Below are positions 34,874 through 37,518 of a stretch of 37,518 nt of DNA, piece by piece. The position numbers and the translations under genes are program-made. Below the pieces are notes generated by a model that saw only the letters and a list, made by a program, of their open reading frames with translations, was not told where the DNA came from and made no database searches. Every line of letters starts with the position of its first letter. The stretch's first letter is position 1. Where the stretch lies: positions 1 to 37,518 of the IMG/VR virus record IMGVR_UViG_3300006217_000202; one strand, written 5' to 3'. This DNA is from a virus.

Positions 34874-34906
34874 CAAACAAAAGAAAACAAAAGCAAATAC
34901 CGACAC

Positions 34907-36175
34907 ATGGCAAAGAAAAATTACCGGGCCGATAACACCTACTTAATCGAGGGTGGAAGCGGCGATAATCCAAAGCTGATGGGGCGTGCTTTGACTGATG
35001 GCCGCGACAGCCTATATTTAGAATACTATTTCGGCAAAGTCGAAGTAACCAGTAAAAACGGCACCACCTACCTAAAGAACGAAAGAAAGAATGAAATATT
35101 GTCTTTGTATCTATGGCAAGCACCACGCACGCCACAGGAGCGACAGCAAAATAAGGAAACATTAGAGATAGCCAAGCGCATACGGTTTGAGCGAGGGCAG
35201 GAACTATTAGAGCGCACCGAGGGCTACCGGCTTAAAAAAGATACCGACATAGATTTTTTAAAATGGATGTGGGCGTACTATGAGGCATACACCAAAGCCG
35301 ACAAACGCCATATTAAACGCGCCTATAATTGTTTCGTCGATTACCTCATAGACCCCAGCGACAAGTTTACACCTAAACCGGACTGGACTAAAGAACAGAG
35401 AGCGAAAGCGGCGAAAGATAAGGAACGGCGCACACGCGGCCTAAAGCTAAAGCCCCAGCAGCTTACAAAGGAAATGATAACCGGCTTTACCGAGTATCTA
35501 CAAAAACGATTTAAGGGCGAGGGCGCACACACCCTGTATGCGCGTTTTAAAAAGGTTATCAAAGCGGCCGTAGAAGCCGACATAATCCGCAAAAATCCCT
35601 GCACCGGTATAGTTATTAAGATAGATAGTAATGCGCTTAAAAAAGACGTGCTAAGTGTCGAGGAAGTACAAAAGCTAATCGCCACCCATTACCCCGGCGA
35701 AAGCACGGATATACGCCGGGCATTTATATTTTGCCTGTATAGCGGCCTACGCTGGTGCGACGTTAAAGACCTCACATTTGCTAACGTCGATTACGCTAAC
35801 CGGTTATTAAATTTTGAGCAAGCCAAGACAAAAGGCCATAGCAGTGCCAGCAGTGTAATAATACCTCTAAATGATAGCCTACTGGGGCTAATAGGCAAAG
35901 GGCAACGCAATGACCTAATATTTCCTTTGCCGTCGCACACCATGTGCCTAAAAGCACTACGGCACTGGGTAGCACGCGCCGGGATCGACAAACATATAAC
36001 GTGGCACTGTGCGCGTCACTCATTTGCCGTTAATATCCTTAACAACGGCGCGAATATAAAGACCGTGGCAAGCCTTTTAGGACATAGCGGCCTAAAGCAT
36101 ACCGAGAAGTACACACGCGCCGTGGATAGCCTCAAAGAAGCCGCGATAAACAGTTTGCCCGAATTGAACCTATAA
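34907..36175 (+). CDS. int: Tyrosine recombinase / phage integrase (Bacteroidota type with N-terminal arm-binding domain)
   Basis: HCARHSFAVN (H-x-x-R) and GHSGLKHTEKYTR (catalytic Tyr). Start taken at MAKKNYRADN; the upstream part of ORF 34733 is AT-rich and looks like leader. Confidence 0.85.
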   Translation: MAKKNYRADNTYLIEGGSGDNPKLMGRALTDGRDSLYLEYYFGKVEVTSKNGTTYLKNERKNEILSLYLWQAPRTPQERQQNKETLEIAKRIRFERGQELLERTEGYRLKKDTDIDFLKWMWAYYEAYTKADKRHIKRAYNCFVDYLIDPSDKFTPKPDWTKEQRAKAAKDKERRTRGLKLKPQQLTKEMITGFTEYLQKRFKGEGAHTLYARFKKVIKAAVEADIIRKNPCTGIVIKIDSNALKKDVLSVEEVQKLIATHYPGESTDIRRAFIFCLYSGLRWCDVKDLTFANVDYANRLLNFEQAKTKGHSSASSVIIPLNDSLLGLIGKGQRNDLIFPLPSHTMCLKALRHWVARAGIDKHITWHCARHSFAVNILNNGANIKTVASLLGHSGLKHTEKYTRAVDSLKEAAINSLPELNL

Positions 36176-36181
36176 AAGAAA

Positions 36182-36217
36182 CCCCACCGCCCTTAAAAGC
36201 GATGGGGTTTTATTTTT
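36182..36217. terminator. Bidirectional hairpin terminator between the convergent int and minus-strand genes
   Basis: CCCCACCGC / loop / GCGATGGGG (8 of 9 pairs), followed by TTTTATTTTT on + and a T-rich run on -. Confidence 0.65.
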
Positions 36218-36770
36218 AAGGAAGTATCGTAAAGTCGAATACACCGCCATAACCGCCGCTACCTCTAAAAGTGTGCATTATGCAATACTCGCCGGGCGCG
36301 CCTGTAACTGTTATCTCATAAGCGTTGGGGCGAAGTTCCGTTACTTCCATGCTTATATTTTCACTTGCTTTAGCCCCACTTCCGTTACTCCCGACTACCG
36401 CCGCTTTGGCTGTGGTTAGTAGTCTTTTATTTTTCTTTACCTCAAATTGCCCTATTCCAAAATCGCCAATTTTATAATTAGGCATGAACATATAAAGACT
36501 TGCCATTTTATCTACTGGGGGCTGACCAAAGTATATTCTAAACTTAGCCGCTCCGGTAAATTGATTTTCAGACGTGGCCCCGGCAAATTCTAACTTAGCT
36601 TTTGCCGACATGAAACCTTTGCTAATTTTCGTACCATCGTAGTTAATTGCGCTCATGGGTGCAATAACATCACCGCGCACCATATAAACGCCTACGCTAT
36701 CCTGTTGCGTCTGTGCCGCCAGCTGGAGGGCGCACACGCACAGAGCAATTATTAAAAATACCTTTTTCAT
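36216..36770 (-). CDS. Secreted hypothetical protein (signal peptide), co-transcribed with the repressor
   Basis: MKKVFLIIALCVCALQLAAQ signal-like N-terminus. Its ATG overlaps the repressor stop (ATGA). Confidence 0.65.
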   Translation of the reverse strand: MKKVFLIIALCVCALQLAAQTQQDSVGVYMVRGDVIAPMSAINYDGTKISKGFMSAKAKLEFAGATSENQFTGAAKFRIYFGQPPVDKMASLYMFMPNYKIGDFGIGQFEVKKNKRLLTTAKAAVVGSNGSGAKASENISMEVTELRPNAYEITVTGAPGEYCIMHTFRGSGGYGGVFDFTILP

Positions 36771-37369
36771 TTCGCTTTTCTTAAATCAGCTATCCAGTCT
36801 TTTAACTCACTAATACGCTCATCCTGTTTAGCGGCACTACTACGCATTTCGGCTATAATGTCGTCTTTGTGGGCGAGCTGTGCGCGTAGGTTTTCTATTT
36901 CCTTTTCAAGTTCCCGGATATGCGCCGCGTCATCGGGGCATAGATTGATTTGGCTATTATTGTTACCCTGTTGATTATTGCCGCCGCTATTGGACTGGAT
37001 TTGTATAGGCTCAGTTTGTTTTAACATTTCGCCTTTTCCGGTGAGTAACCACGCTTCATTTATATCTACTGTCGGAATTTCGACAATTTTGCGTAGTACG
37101 TCGTAGCCCGGTGCTGATTGTTGTTCACCCATAATGCTAATTAGGGTGGTGCGGCTAATAAATGAGGTTTTTGCCATCTGCGTAACATTACCGCCAAAAA
37201 CTGCGTCGCAAATGGTTTTAATTCTTTGGTTTATATCTCTATCAATCGTTTTCGCCACGTCGCTAAAAGTATTAATAAAAGTTAAATATGTCGTAATTAA
37301 GACACATACTATTGCAAGTGTCGAAAGTAAGACATAACTTTGCATCACAGATAACAAACAAACGGACAC
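36767..37369 (-). CDS. CI-type phage repressor (HTH, Phage_CI_repr-like) with C-terminal coiled coil
   Basis: INQRIKTICDAVFGGNVTQMAKTSFISRTTLISIMGEQQSAPGYDVLRKIV...EAWLLTGKGEM. The start is uncertain: GTG 37369, ATG 37345 or GTG 37258. Confidence 0.65.
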   Translation of the reverse strand: MSVCLLSVMQSYVLLSTLAIVCVLITTYLTFINTFSDVAKTIDRDINQRIKTICDAVFGGNVTQMAKTSFISRTTLISIMGEQQSAPGYDVLRKIVEIPTVDINEAWLLTGKGEMLKQTEPIQIQSNSGGNNQQGNNNSQINLCPDDAAHIRELEKEIENLRAQLAHKDDIIAEMRSSAAKQDERISELKDWIADLRKAK

Positions 37370-37415
37370 AAGAAAGGCTGTCAGACAATTTGCCTAACCT
37401 CAATATATCCAACTG

Positions 37416-37446
37416 CAAATTTACGACAGTTTTTCTTTTCCCCAAA
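37416..37446 (-). promoter_or_regulatory. Bacteroidota-type promoter for the repressor operon (-33 TTTG, 19-nt spacer, -7 TAAATTTG)
   Basis: The minus strand reads TTTG-gggaaaagaaaaactgtcg-TAAATTTG, upstream of the repressor ORF. Confidence 0.55.
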
Positions 37447-37518
37447 AGAATAACAAACAAAATAACAAATGGCTAAACAGTACACTATCGAAAACGTCGA
37501 GGATTTGCGCAAGAAAAT
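37442..37518 (+). repeat. Terminal direct repeat, copy 2 (circular-assembly overlap); contains the truncated start of the 28..273 gene
   Basis: Identical to 1-77. The ATG at 37469 corresponds to the ATG at 28. Confidence 0.95.

Larger units (their letters stand above)
1..37518. mobile_element. Complete circular temperate siphovirus-type phage genome (HK97-fold head, long non-contractile tail), unit length 37,441 bp
   Basis: Exact 77-bp overlap of the two window ends. Full set of replication, packaging, head, tail, lysis, integrase and repressor genes in canonical order. Confidence 0.85.

Noticed and set aside
34733-34906. Upstream extension of the integrase ORF (GTG 34733, hydrophobic MKVNLSKSVIIRVF...).
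   Set aside because: The region is AT-rich and repeat-containing and carries the predicted int promoter. The arm-binding domain begins at MAKKNYR (34907).
37289-37428. Inverted pair of the 8-mer TTACGACA (37421-37428 on +, 37289-37296 on -) as looping operators. Also the 11-mer ATAAGCATATA shared by 11519-11529 and 16541-16551.
   Set aside because: Matches of this length are expected by chance in windows of this size and AT-richness, so they are not reported as findings.
1-37518. Stop-codon reassignment or introns/inteins in large genes (polymerase, TerL, SNF2, TMP).
   Set aside because: All large genes are uninterrupted in the standard code, and their conserved motifs are contiguous.

Overview
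This window is a complete, circularly closed temperate phage genome. Bases 1-77 recur exactly at 37442-37518 (an assembly overlap), so the unit length is 37,441 bp.

Almost every gene is on the + strand, in this order:
- small early genes and an HTH/excisionase-like protein;
- a replication-recombination module: DUF2800-type PD-(D/E)XK nuclease, DUF2815-type SSB, family-A DNA polymerase, C5-cytosine methyltransferase, P4/VirE-type primase-helicase, VRR-NUC, HNH, SNF2 helicase;
- an HNH-TerS-TerL packaging module;
- HK97-type portal, protease and capsid, then head-tail connectors;
- a siphovirus tail: major tail protein, G/GT chaperone with an A9 slippery run, 1258-aa tape measure;
- tail-tip and fibre genes;
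- lysis genes: a GH108 endolysin and a u-spanin-like lipoprotein with a C-terminal TM segment;
- an attP-like region and a tyrosine integrase.

A CI-type repressor and a translationally coupled secreted protein lie on the - strand.

No start codon has a Shine-Dalgarno motif, leaders are A/C-rich and G-poor, and TTTG / TAnnTTTG promoter motifs are present. Together these point to a Bacteroidota host.

I found no RT, CRISPR array, tRNA or recognisable defence operon. The items most worth a second look are:
1. An abrupt high-GC block (about 26.2-33.5 kb) covering the whole tail-tip/fibre module.
2. A C5-methyltransferase split into two ORFs, with an unusually long variable region that looks like several target-recognition domains and includes an out-of-frame TLTAGG relic.
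3. A duplicated 126-nt intergenic cassette with a 58-bp core that is 55/58 identical.
4. A shared acidic DF(A/N)DID peptide in three replication proteins.
5. An iteron-rich putative origin.
6. Many G/C homopolymers of 7-10 nt (six counted by eye), one of which (C8) coincides with a frame break; the G5 break in the methyltransferase lies in a shorter run.
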